DNA of 64,000 nt from a virus. Its lineage: Duplodnaviria > Caudoviricetes. Under the pieces are notes generated by a model. That model made no database searches and was not told the DNA's origin. It saw only the letters and a program-made list of their open reading frames with translations. Numbering within the stretch: position 1 is the stretch's first letter; every line of letters starts with the position of its first letter. The stretch lies in IMG/VR virus record IMGVR_UViG_3300011116_001007. The stretch is one strand, 5' to 3'. Of the stretch, positions 39,943 through 48,245 are shown piece after piece. The translations under genes were made by a program, and so were the position numbers.

Positions 39943-40323
39943 TCAATAACCTTTGAATGCTTTTATGGGACTGACTTTGTCCACAAAGTCTGGTTCAGTG
40001 CTGGTAGGAGTAGAAACCAATTTTTTTCCGCCAGGTGTGTTGGTCATGGCCAATGCTTGGTCAATCACCGATTCTATGCTGTTGTTCATACCGATCACAA
40101 CGCCATGCTCGCCAAATGCAGTTTCTGCGCTCCATTCGGGAAAATCTTTGCTGAGTCCATCCTTGCCGGCATCACTTCGTGCTCGTGCCAGGGCCACACC
40201 AAATCTGTAATTGCGATAAGGGTCCGCGGCACTGAGTCCAGGAATCACATAGGTATATCGCATGGGGTCTGCGTCCTCGGGTGGCAGATTCTTTTGCTCG
40301 GTCACGAACTCTCGGGCTCTCAT
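39943..40323 (-). CDS. small protein with T4 internal-protein-like N-terminus (paralog 1)
   Basis: MRAREFVTE...SPIKAFKGY. Confidence 0.65.
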   Translation of the reverse strand: MRAREFVTEQKNLPPEDADPMRYTYVIPGLSAADPYRNYRFGVALARARSDAGKDGLSKDFPEWSAETAFGEHGVVIGMNNSIESVIDQALAMTNTPGGKKLVSTPTSTEPDFVDKVSPIKAFKGY

Positions 40324-40691
40324 CTGTATCCTCGGAATGCTTTTACCGGACTGACAGTATTGGTGCTGGGTATTTCCAAACTGCGGAGATCGCCGTGGTT
40401 GAGATCACTCACATCTGACCCAATGGCTTTGTAGGCCATTTTCAACATGTCATGTTCTTCTTTGGTGTAAGGCGCGGCAATGTTCCAGCGTCCAACCCAA
40501 GATTCTCCATCAATATCAGGAACAAAAGTTCCATCGGTACTGGCTGTGGCCATCATGATGCGATTTAGTTCATACACACGATCAGCATGACCTGGATCAA
40601 CAAATTTGTGCAGGCCCACACTAGCATAACTTTTTGTTTTGCTTAGGCGGCCAATTTGCTGACCTTCAGAAATAAATTCATTGGCACGCAT
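40320..40691 (-). CDS. small protein with T4 internal-protein-like N-terminus (paralog 2)
   Basis: MRANEFISE...SPVKAFRGY. Confidence 0.65.
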   Translation of the reverse strand: MRANEFISEGQQIGRLSKTKSYASVGLHKFVDPGHADRVYELNRIMMATASTDGTFVPDIDGESWVGRWNIAAPYTKEEHDMLKMAYKAIGSDVSDLNHGDLRSLEIPSTNTVSPVKAFRGYR

Positions 40692-40693
40692 GA

Positions 40694-41020
40694 TCAGGTG
40701 CCAGTGACCCCTGCTGTGGCCGATGTTGCGCTGCCAATGGCAGTGGCAGTAAAACCACCTGCGCCTGTTAGGATGTTGAGATAGTTGCCTGCACCCACAT
40801 AATATTCTTGACTGGAGTTACCAGGCAATGCAATTGCATTGGCATACAAGTTTCCAGTAGAAGTGCTCATTGCAGCGTTGGTAGGCACGCCATTGGCCTG
40901 TATGTAGGTCAATTGCACTGCACTGACTTGGAATGTGACATTGGACAATGTGGTGTTGAACTGCACTTTGTCAGTGGTCCACAATACATTTCCTACGGTA
41001 TTTACAACTTGAATAGCCAT
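40694..41020 (-). CDS. small probable structural protein
   Basis: 108 aa, T/A/G-rich; AAGGA RBS. Confidence 0.6.
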   Translation of the reverse strand: MAIQVVNTVGNVLWTTDKVQFNTTLSNVTFQVSAVQLTYIQANGVPTNAAMSTSTGNLYANAIALPGNSSQEYYVGAGNYLNILTGAGGFTATAIGSATSATAGVTGT

Positions 41021-41190
41021 TATGAGTTATCCTTAGGAACTTCTGTCACCACCGGTTGATACAACTGACGTGATTGGTGTAACACACCTGGAATTTCCAC
41101 AGGTTGTGGTTGCCATCTCGCACTGGCCGGACTGTGCGGATTGTGCTGTGTGGGTGTGTTGAGATTTTCGTTGTAGGGTTTGTATGACAT
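41020..41190 (-). CDS. hypothetical protein (56 aa, below the track cut-off)
   Basis: Hand translated MSYKPYNENL...VPKDNS; TAATG overlap with the next gene; AAAGGA upstream. Confidence 0.6.
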   Translation of the reverse strand: MSYKPYNENLNTPTQHNPHSPASARWQPQPVEIPGVLHQSRQLYQPVVTEVPKDNS

Positions 41191-41195
41191 GGCCA

Positions 41196-43778
41196 TTATC
41201 CTTTATAGCGTTTCCACAAATTTTCAGTATCAGTAAAAATACTTTCATTTTGTTTTTGTTGTGCCTTCTGCGCCGAGGTATTGCTTGGCACTGCTCTGTT
41301 GTTAACTACGGGCATTGCAGGTGGCATTCCGGCCATTTCTCTAATGCGGCTCAGTTCATCTTGAGCACGCACTGCTGTTACAGGAACTGTGCTTTGACCA
41401 TTGCCGGCTACATCGTGCTTGGGTTTGTTTACACCGCCGCTGTATCCAAAGTTATCTTGAGCACGTTCAGTGTTGGTAGGATAATTAGGGCTGTTCATGT
41501 CTACCACGTTGTCGCCATAAGTTTCGTCTACCATTTCGTCGCAACCGCAATCGGACATGCCGCAACCAGCACACACTTCTTCGCCGCCGAACGCTGCACC
41601 GCCATGACCTTGTTCAGCTTGACGAATTTGGTCAGCAAGATCATCTTCACCATGCGACATATTGTCACCGCCGCCTAGTCCAGCCATTTTCAACATCTGT
41701 GCCAACTGTGTAGCATCTTCGTCTGTGGCAGTGATTGTGAGGGTTTGGCCTGCGCTGCCACCTTCGTTGTTCATGCTCATGCTAATGTTCATGCTTTCGT
41801 TGATCTGACGTTCAACTGCACGATCAATGCTGTCATAGATGCCTTTGCCAAAGCTCATGCTGCCTTTGCCAGCTTTGCCTGAGGTGGGTGCTGTGGCTAC
41901 AGAACCAGCAGTGGTTGATTCTTCAACTTCTTTTTCTTTCTTGGCTAAAGGCTTGGTTGACTTTTTTTTACCGCCCATTTCATCTTTGCCCAGGCGACCT
42001 GCAACAACATCGCCTCGTGTTACTTTGTCATAAGGTTTGGCGTTGTTGGCCAAGTTGCCGTCATTGCCGCTGCTTTGTTTGGGTTTTGAGCGTGCTGATT
42101 TTTTTTCAGCCAGTTCCATTTCTTCGCCTGACTGATCTTCGGCATCAGTTTCTTTTTCGCTAGCCAAATAGTCAGCAATGGTCTGCATGTAGTCGCTGGC
42201 CAAGCTGAGTTTTTTCTGAACCCATTCTGGCAAGTTGTCGTTGTCGCCCAACATCTGTTCCAGTTGTTTGGCATTACGCATCATGGTATGGATCTCATTG
42301 CGACCCATTGCGCCTTCTTGATCGTATTCGCCTTGATCTGCTGGATCCTGGTCGCCTTCGCGTGTCATCAATTTGGATTTGCCAGTGTTGATTTTGGCAC
42401 CAATCTTTGTGCCTTGGCCAGCACCAACTCGGCGTCGTCCCGCGGGACCACTTGGTCCATCTGAACCGGCATGGGCATCATGGCCTGCGCCACTGTAGTT
42501 GCCTTTTACTGGAGTATGGCGTGTGACTCCCGGTGTGGAGGTATCAATTCTACCACCGGTACTTGACAATTTACGGCCACGATCGTCATCTGACCAATCA
42601 ATATGGCCGCCGCTTTCGTCCATCCCAGCATTGCGTCCGCGACCGCCACCTATGGCTTTTTTCATTGCGTCGGCTGCTACATTGCCTAGCATTTCATCAA
42701 CTTCTTTCTTGGCGCCGGCAATCTTGTCAGCGAAAGTGATCTTGTCAGCAGGCGGTGCTAATTTAGCAAACGATTTTTGCTTAGGGGTCATTGGCACACC
42801 AGCTTCGGGCAAATTGGGTTGTGTATGTGTTCCGTGTGCGTCTTTGATACTGCCTTTGAGGCTGGTAATTTGATCCCTCTTTGGCAGACCTTTTCTTGGT
42901 CCTTTTTCTACAGGATTTCCTGTGCCTGAACGACCAAATCCTTTTTTCAATGGATCTGTTCTGCTGAACTCGTCGCCAACTCCGCCCATTCTGCGTTTTT
43001 GTCCTGGATCATTTTTAGGGCGCGCCTTAATTCCGTAGTCGTCATAGCCGTAGTCCATATCATCGTAGTCGTCACTGTCACCAGGCTTCTGTGTGTACAG
43101 TTTGTCTTTGTGTTCAGGCGCACGCCACTTGGCTGCTTCCTTCACTGGATATTCTTTGCCGCCTACATGAATTTTTTCACCTGGTTGAACACCGTCGGCT
43201 TTGGCTCGGACCACAGCACCTGAGAAAGCATTGCCTTCGTCGGCCATGCCCATGCTTTCGTCATACTTGTCATAACGATTGCGAATGTTGTTCATGGTAG
43301 TATCGCTAGCGTGATTTCTTCCGGCTTTTTGCAGTGCCTTCATACCTTGATCACCGTATTTCTTTTTGCCAATAGCAGCTTGGAATGCACTTTCATCCAT
43401 GTCAGCTTCATTGGTTGTTTTTTTAGTTGGAGGTGCAGCACGTGATGCTGCCGAAGCTGGAGGTGCTGGTGGATCAACTTTGATTCGAGATCCTGGTGCT
43501 TCTGCTTTTGCATTTTTATTAACCGGCTCGTCAACTGGCGTATAGTCTGTGTACGGGCTGCCTTCTTCTACTTGGCCTTTGGCACGCATCTTGGCCAGCT
43601 GTGCGCCAGCGATTCTAGCACCTTTTTCACCACCGCCAGTTTTCTTGGCCAATGCAGCAAACCCAGTGGTAGCATTGTTGTGCTTGCCCATGTCACGCTC
43701 GTTCAGCTGTTGATGTGTTACTTCAGGTGTGGCACGAATGCTGTCTAACTTTTTGTTTAGGTCGTAAAAAAAACTCAT
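41196..43778 (-). CDS. large low-complexity probable internal head (poly)protein
   Basis: 860 aa, charged/disordered; many h-x-E-[AGS] motifs; LPEWVQKK module. Confidence 0.75.
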   Translation of the reverse strand: MSFFYDLNKKLDSIRATPEVTHQQLNERDMGKHNNATTGFAALAKKTGGGEKGARIAGAQLAKMRAKGQVEEGSPYTDYTPVDEPVNKNAKAEAPGSRIKVDPPAPPASAASRAAPPTKKTTNEADMDESAFQAAIGKKKYGDQGMKALQKAGRNHASDTTMNNIRNRYDKYDESMGMADEGNAFSGAVVRAKADGVQPGEKIHVGGKEYPVKEAAKWRAPEHKDKLYTQKPGDSDDYDDMDYGYDDYGIKARPKNDPGQKRRMGGVGDEFSRTDPLKKGFGRSGTGNPVEKGPRKGLPKRDQITSLKGSIKDAHGTHTQPNLPEAGVPMTPKQKSFAKLAPPADKITFADKIAGAKKEVDEMLGNVAADAMKKAIGGGRGRNAGMDESGGHIDWSDDDRGRKLSSTGGRIDTSTPGVTRHTPVKGNYSGAGHDAHAGSDGPSGPAGRRRVGAGQGTKIGAKINTGKSKLMTREGDQDPADQGEYDQEGAMGRNEIHTMMRNAKQLEQMLGDNDNLPEWVQKKLSLASDYMQTIADYLASEKETDAEDQSGEEMELAEKKSARSKPKQSSGNDGNLANNAKPYDKVTRGDVVAGRLGKDEMGGKKKSTKPLAKKEKEVEESTTAGSVATAPTSGKAGKGSMSFGKGIYDSIDRAVERQINESMNISMSMNNEGGSAGQTLTITATDEDATQLAQMLKMAGLGGGDNMSHGEDDLADQIRQAEQGHGGAAFGGEEVCAGCGMSDCGCDEMVDETYGDNVVDMNSPNYPTNTERAQDNFGYSGGVNKPKHDVAGNGQSTVPVTAVRAQDELSRIREMAGMPPAMPVVNNRAVPSNTSAQKAQQKQNESIFTDTENLWKRYKG

Positions 43779-43784
43779 TTTGTA

Positions 43785-44393
43785 TTATCCTCTAGGTTGT
43801 GCGCCAGTGGCTGGCTTGGGTGGACGCTTGATCGTGGTCATTGGGCTTTTGGTTCCCATTGGCAAATCATTTGTGGTTTTGGCTGGCGGTGTTTTTTTGC
43901 CGGCAATGGTGAAGTTTGAACGATAGGCATTTTTCAACACTGCATGATCATATGGCCCTGTGGCATAGTCTTTGCTGAGCGCTCGTTGTTCGGCATCAGG
44001 TGCAGGATAGTCCGGCTTGTCCAACAGGTTCTTGTTCTGGTCGCCAATCTTGCGACTTTCGTCATTCATGCTTTCTTCGTAGGGCAAAGTGTTCATCAAG
44101 ATTCTATTGGGATCCATGCCCAACAACTGTGCCAACTGTTTGATCTGTGGTTCAATAGCCGGATAACGAAATTCCACATCCACAATGCTCATGGGTTGAT
44201 TGGGAAATGCAGGAAAGTCTGGAATTTCTTTTCGTACCGGAGTAGTTTTTGGTTTTGATATTTTTACAATATCAAACTGTGTCAATTTGCCTTCCAGCTC
44301 TTTGACAAACGTGTTGGGCACATCACCCACTATCTTGATGCGATAGTTGTAGGTTTTTTCGCTTTCGGCTAGGTATTTTGCAAATGGTTTCAT
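43785..44393 (-). CDS. hypothetical protein, probable head-associated
   Basis: MKPFAKYLAE start; AATAAATA and AGGA upstream. Confidence 0.7.
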   Translation of the reverse strand: MKPFAKYLAESEKTYNYRIKIVGDVPNTFVKELEGKLTQFDIVKISKPKTTPVRKEIPDFPAFPNQPMSIVDVEFRYPAIEPQIKQLAQLLGMDPNRILMNTLPYEESMNDESRKIGDQNKNLLDKPDYPAPDAEQRALSKDYATGPYDHAVLKNAYRSNFTIAGKKTPPAKTTNDLPMGTKSPMTTIKRPPKPATGAQPRG

Positions 44394-44413
44394 GTGAGTA
44401 TCCTATGGTATAT

Positions 44414-44905
44414 TTATTCTTTTTGAGTGTTTTGGTCTTTACCACGCAACAATCGCTCCAACAAATCATTGCGACTCAACACCATGCCTTGTGCTGTTGG
44501 TATGGCACCTCCTGCCGGTTCTTCGGATTTGACGTTTTGATCCAGGCGCATTTTCTTCAACTGTAGATCAATTATCTTGAGCTTTTTGTCCAGTTTGGCA
44601 GTCTTGGCTGTGATGGCATGTCCCAACATGTTGCTGGCCACGCTGAAGATTTCAGCTGCAAAGCGACTGTCAACTTGAAACCCAAGGTCCATCAAATCCT
44701 TGTACGTACCTGTGGCCAATCCTGCTAATTCATCCATTTCTTGATCAGTGGCATCAAGTCCACGTACCATTGGGAGGGCATTGTCAATTTTATCAATTGT
44801 TTCATCTAATTCAGCTAGATGCAATTTATTTTCTGCTATGGTAGGGATTACCAAGTTATTTTTTTCTGTGGGAGGTAAATCAAACAGTTCTTCTAATTTC
44901 TTCAT
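44414..44905 (-). CDS. helical protein, candidate terminase small subunit
   Basis: 163 aa from MKKLEELF; coiled-coil KLDKKLKIIDLQLKK; CTAAATA 4 nt before ATG. Function is inference only. Confidence 0.45.
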   Translation of the reverse strand: MKKLEELFDLPPTEKNNLVIPTIAENKLHLAELDETIDKIDNALPMVRGLDATDQEMDELAGLATGTYKDLMDLGFQVDSRFAAEIFSVASNMLGHAITAKTAKLDKKLKIIDLQLKKMRLDQNVKSEEPAGGAIPTAQGMVLSRNDLLERLLRGKDQNTQKE

Positions 44906-45492
44906 CCTGTATTTAGTAAGCAGTTTTTGTTGTGCCAACGATCTAGGTTCGATTTACCACCTACTATTTTACCACAGTTATAACACGTATATTTTGGTTT
45001 AGCTATTCCAATTTGTGCTTTACTTTTCTTTTGATTCCATTCTGGTTTTTGACTCACTCCGAAGTTTGGATTCCTTAGGCCTCGCTTGACTTCTGATTGT
45101 TTTGTTAGCGTTTCTTCAGTATGCTTTTTGCCAGTCCACCAAATAGATGTTTTTGGAACTCCGGTATATGCTTCTGATAACATTTTTCTTAGATATGCGT
45201 AAGTTCTAGAACAAGAGTTATATCTTGGTCTGCTGTTTATATGTGTCATTTGCCAGGCTGCGTAACACATGCTCATCTTACTCTTTCCTTCTGTCATCTT
45301 TGTTAATAACAAATGACATACAAAATGTTCCCGTGCAGTTAAACGAACAAGATTTTCTTTTGAATTATCGCCACCGAGGCTACGCGGGATAATGTGATGT
45401 TTTTCTGTATAGATATCTGGTGGCAAGTTTCTTGATTGTGCTTGTTGTATAATGTTATTATACCAACGAGTGTATTTGTTTTGTAAATACAT
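44902..45492 (-). mobile_element. free-standing HNH homing endonuclease
   Basis: HHIIPRSLGGDNSKENLVRLTAREHFVCHLL; NUMOD3-like GKKHTEET; C-terminal CYNC...RWHNKNC. Confidence 0.9.
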
Positions 45493-45560
45493 TGCTGATG
45501 CTCCTTTAAAGCGTTAGAGTCAGTGGATGGTGGTACATCGCGACTGGCACTTTTATTTAT

Positions 45561-45995
45561 CTATTTTCTTTTGCCGTTTGCAAACATGTCCAATTCAGTG
45601 ATCACCCTAAAGTTCAGGCCATTGCGATTACACCATTTCTGGGCAGAAGCCCATTTGGCATAGTTCACTGCTACCACTGCACGATCTCTACTGCTCATTT
45701 TGCTTTCAATCACGCTTTGCTTTTTGGGTTTGATTTCAATCAACTCAGCTCGCATGGTGTTGTTTTTGTTGCGATAAGTCACTAAAAAATCAGGAATGTA
45801 CTGCGACATTTTTCCTGTTACAGGATTTCTATAAGGAATAGCTATGCTCTCACTGGCCCATTGCAAGATATGTTCGTTGTTGTCACAGAATCGCATAAAG
45901 CTGAGTTCCCAACCTGAACGATAACGAGGAATACCATTGCCCACATACTTGGCAGCGTTCAGTACTTCGTATTTGCCTTGTGCCCAATGACTCAT
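45561..45995 (-). CDS. gp4: head completion nuclease (T4 gp4-like, PD-(D/E)XK)
   Basis: YRSGWE, WASE, YIPDF, EIKP, N.AKW..A. Confidence 0.85.
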   Translation of the reverse strand: MSHWAQGKYEVLNAAKYVGNGIPRYRSGWELSFMRFCDNNEHILQWASESIAIPYRNPVTGKMSQYIPDFLVTYRNKNNTMRAELIEIKPKKQSVIESKMSSRDRAVVAVNYAKWASAQKWCNRNGLNFRVITELDMFANGKRK

Positions 45996-46360
45996 TGTAA
46001 CACTGCCTGTGCAGGATAATAATTGGGTACCACTGGCGTTCCCACCCCTAGCAATGTAGATCGGTCACGAATCAAGTTTAAATAGTATGCCAACGACACA
46101 TTGAGATTGATACCATTGCTGGCTCCGCTGCCTTGAAATCCCTGCAACAAAGTCAATGCAGGTATTTGAGTTTCTTGGGCCACACGAAACAAACTCACTG
46201 TGAAATTGCCGGCTGCGCGGGGAGTTGTCATTTCTCTCTGGAAAAAACTGTACACAATATCATATTCGTCGGCAGGAACATTGACGTCAAAGTTGTAAAA
46301 TTGATCATAAACTCTGACAGTCTGATCAATGTTGAAATTGGTAGTGTTAACTGTGGTCAT
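45992..46360 (-). CDS. hypothetical protein
   Basis: Coupled in the tail operon. Confidence 0.7.
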   Translation of the reverse strand: MTTVNTTNFNIDQTVRVYDQFYNFDVNVPADEYDIVYSFFQREMTTPRAAGNFTVSLFRVAQETQIPALTLLQGFQGSGASNGINLNVSLAYYLNLIRDRSTLLGVGTPVVPNYYPAQAVLQ

Positions 46361-47529
46361 TGTCGTGTTCTTAACAATCTATCGGTTTCGGCTTGAGTTT
46401 GATTGACCCCGGTGTTATTTCTGTTAAATTGTGCAGTAGGGAATATCCAGCCATCGGCTCTGTTGGCCACAGCACGTACTGCGCCAGGCAATGCGCCTTG
46501 TATGGCCTGTGTTCCCAATGCCGTGGCCTCGTTGATCAGCAATTTTTTAAATCCACCGTTTTGTTGATTGGTGTTGTAGAATGTTCCTGCTTTTTGCACT
46601 GCGCCAATCAGGCCCAGTACCGATCCTGACTGCAAGTCTTCGCTGATTCCATCCACCACATCCAACAATCCACCTTGACCAAATATGCTGTTGGTAGACC
46701 CTGGCCGGGCAATTGGACTGCGGCGTGTGTCGTAATGACTGGGGTTGGCAAAGCCTGGTGGCTTGTTAGGGGCTTTGTCGTAGTATTTCACTGTTTCGTA
46801 GTCAATGGTCATTTTGTTTTCCATGATACCATTGCCTTGAGCATAATCATACGTGTCATGCTGCCAACCGGAAATTATAGGATTGATCAACACATATTCT
46901 GCATACTTGTGATTTTTATCAAATCCAGCTATGCGTATGTCACTGAAAAACGGCGGTTTACCGCTGGGCGAACTAGTGCCATCGTTGTAACTTTCGCCAA
47001 TGTAGCCCCAGTCGTTGACCTGTCTATCATTTGAATAGATATCTCGGTCCCAGCCACCAAATCCATCTTGTTGACTTTGACTGCGTCCTGCACTGCCGTT
47101 GGTATTGGCATCGCTGCCATATTTTTGGCTGGCATCTTTGTAGTAGTAGGCGTAGTAGTTGTACCACATGTTTCGCACATTGTCGCCGCCGTCATCGTGG
47201 AATGTGATAGTAACAGGATTGTATTTTATTTTGGTCTGTACTAATCTTTTGCGATTGTACTGATTCATTGTGGCAGTGTCTATACTGTAAGTGGGTAAAC
47301 TTGCTGTTTTGACCACATAGCTGAGATTGGTCACATCGTCTGTGGCAAATATACCATTCAGTGCAGGTATTTGTCCTGTGTTGATTGTGAATGTCACATG
47401 AAAGAGAAACTTAAACCGGGGTTTAAGTTCGTAGGCGTTGGTCCGGAATACTTTGCTGGCGTGAGTATAGTCCCGAGTTCCCTCAGTGCCAAAGAATCCC
47501 TTGGCAAAATCCTGACCAAAGCTACCCAC
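46357..47529 (-). CDS. tail-tube-fold baseplate/tube initiator protein (gp48/gp54-like)
   Basis: FLFHVTF, KTASLP.Y.IDT, ITFHDD, IDYE; follows the tube gene. Confidence 0.65.
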   Translation of the reverse strand: MGSFGQDFAKGFFGTEGTRDYTHASKVFRTNAYELKPRFKFLFHVTFTINTGQIPALNGIFATDDVTNLSYVVKTASLPTYSIDTATMNQYNRKRLVQTKIKYNPVTITFHDDGGDNVRNMWYNYYAYYYKDASQKYGSDANTNGSAGRSQSQQDGFGGWDRDIYSNDRQVNDWGYIGESYNDGTSSPSGKPPFFSDIRIAGFDKNHKYAEYVLINPIISGWQHDTYDYAQGNGIMENKMTIDYETVKYYDKAPNKPPGFANPSHYDTRRSPIARPGSTNSIFGQGGLLDVVDGISEDLQSGSVLGLIGAVQKAGTFYNTNQQNGGFKKLLINEATALGTQAIQGALPGAVRAVANRADGWIFPTAQFNRNNTGVNQTQAETDRLLRTRQ

Positions 47530-47534
47530 AAGTA

Positions 47535-48176
47535 TTACGCTGCGCCAGCGCCTGTTACCACGTCGCCTACTGTTCGACCAATTATGCCACCAATACCAGA
47601 TGTGGTCAATCCATTGGTACCAATCTGAGCAGCATTGTCATAAGCAATGGTCATGCTTACTGTGACTGCTTCGTTGGTGCCGTAATTCATGGCACCGTAG
47701 TCGGCAGCTTTGAGATAGCAACCATACAATTCCCAAGCTTCTAGAACCACCGGTAAGTTGGCGCCGTTGCCACCGTCAAGTATTTCAAGTCTAGTCACAA
47801 ACTTGTAATCAATACCGCTGGCAGCACTGGACATCTCCAGGAAGTCCATTTGTTTCTGTAGCTGTTCGCCTACCAGTTTAGACACTGAATTAGATGCATC
47901 GTCGCGTATTTCGCAAACAGAATCTGCCCAGCTATGACGGCCGGCCAGCTTCAATGTGCTGTTGTAAACAGGTACCGCAATTTCTTCAAAAGTAAGATTT
48001 GGGCGGGCAAAACTGATTACTTGTTTGGTCAATTCAGTGGTAGGTGTTGAAACACCAAAGTTATCAAACATCACTCTAAAGCGATATCTGAGTTTGGGCA
48101 TTAACAAGCCTTGGGTTGATGAGCTTTGGTCACTTGCCAAGGGTACTGTCATGCGCTGTAATGATGAAACTGCCAT
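47535..48176 (-). CDS. gp19: tail tube protein (T4 gp19-like)
   Basis: RFRVMF, ARPNLTFE, WELYGC, MTIAYD; directly after the sheath gene. Confidence 0.85.
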   Translation of the reverse strand: MAVSSLQRMTVPLASDQSSSTQGLLMPKLRYRFRVMFDNFGVSTPTTELTKQVISFARPNLTFEEIAVPVYNSTLKLAGRHSWADSVCEIRDDASNSVSKLVGEQLQKQMDFLEMSSAASGIDYKFVTRLEILDGGNGANLPVVLEAWELYGCYLKAADYGAMNYGTNEAVTVSMTIAYDNAAQIGTNGLTTSGIGGIIGRTVGDVVTGAGAA

Positions 48177-48208
48177 TTGTTATCTCTCCTATATGTTTAT
48201 TTACCTTT

Positions 48209-48238
48209 GAGTTGGGGCTAACTTTTCAGCCCCAACTC
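48209..48238. other. 11-bp hairpin between sheath and tube genes
   Basis: GAGTTGGGGCT-8 nt-AGCCCCAACTC; no U-tract on either strand. Confidence 0.7.
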
Positions 48239-48245
48239 GTGATCA

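Noticed and set aside
48209-48238. Rho-independent terminator between sheath and tube
   Set aside because: The stem is strong but lacks a U-tract on either strand; more likely an mRNA stability or processing element.
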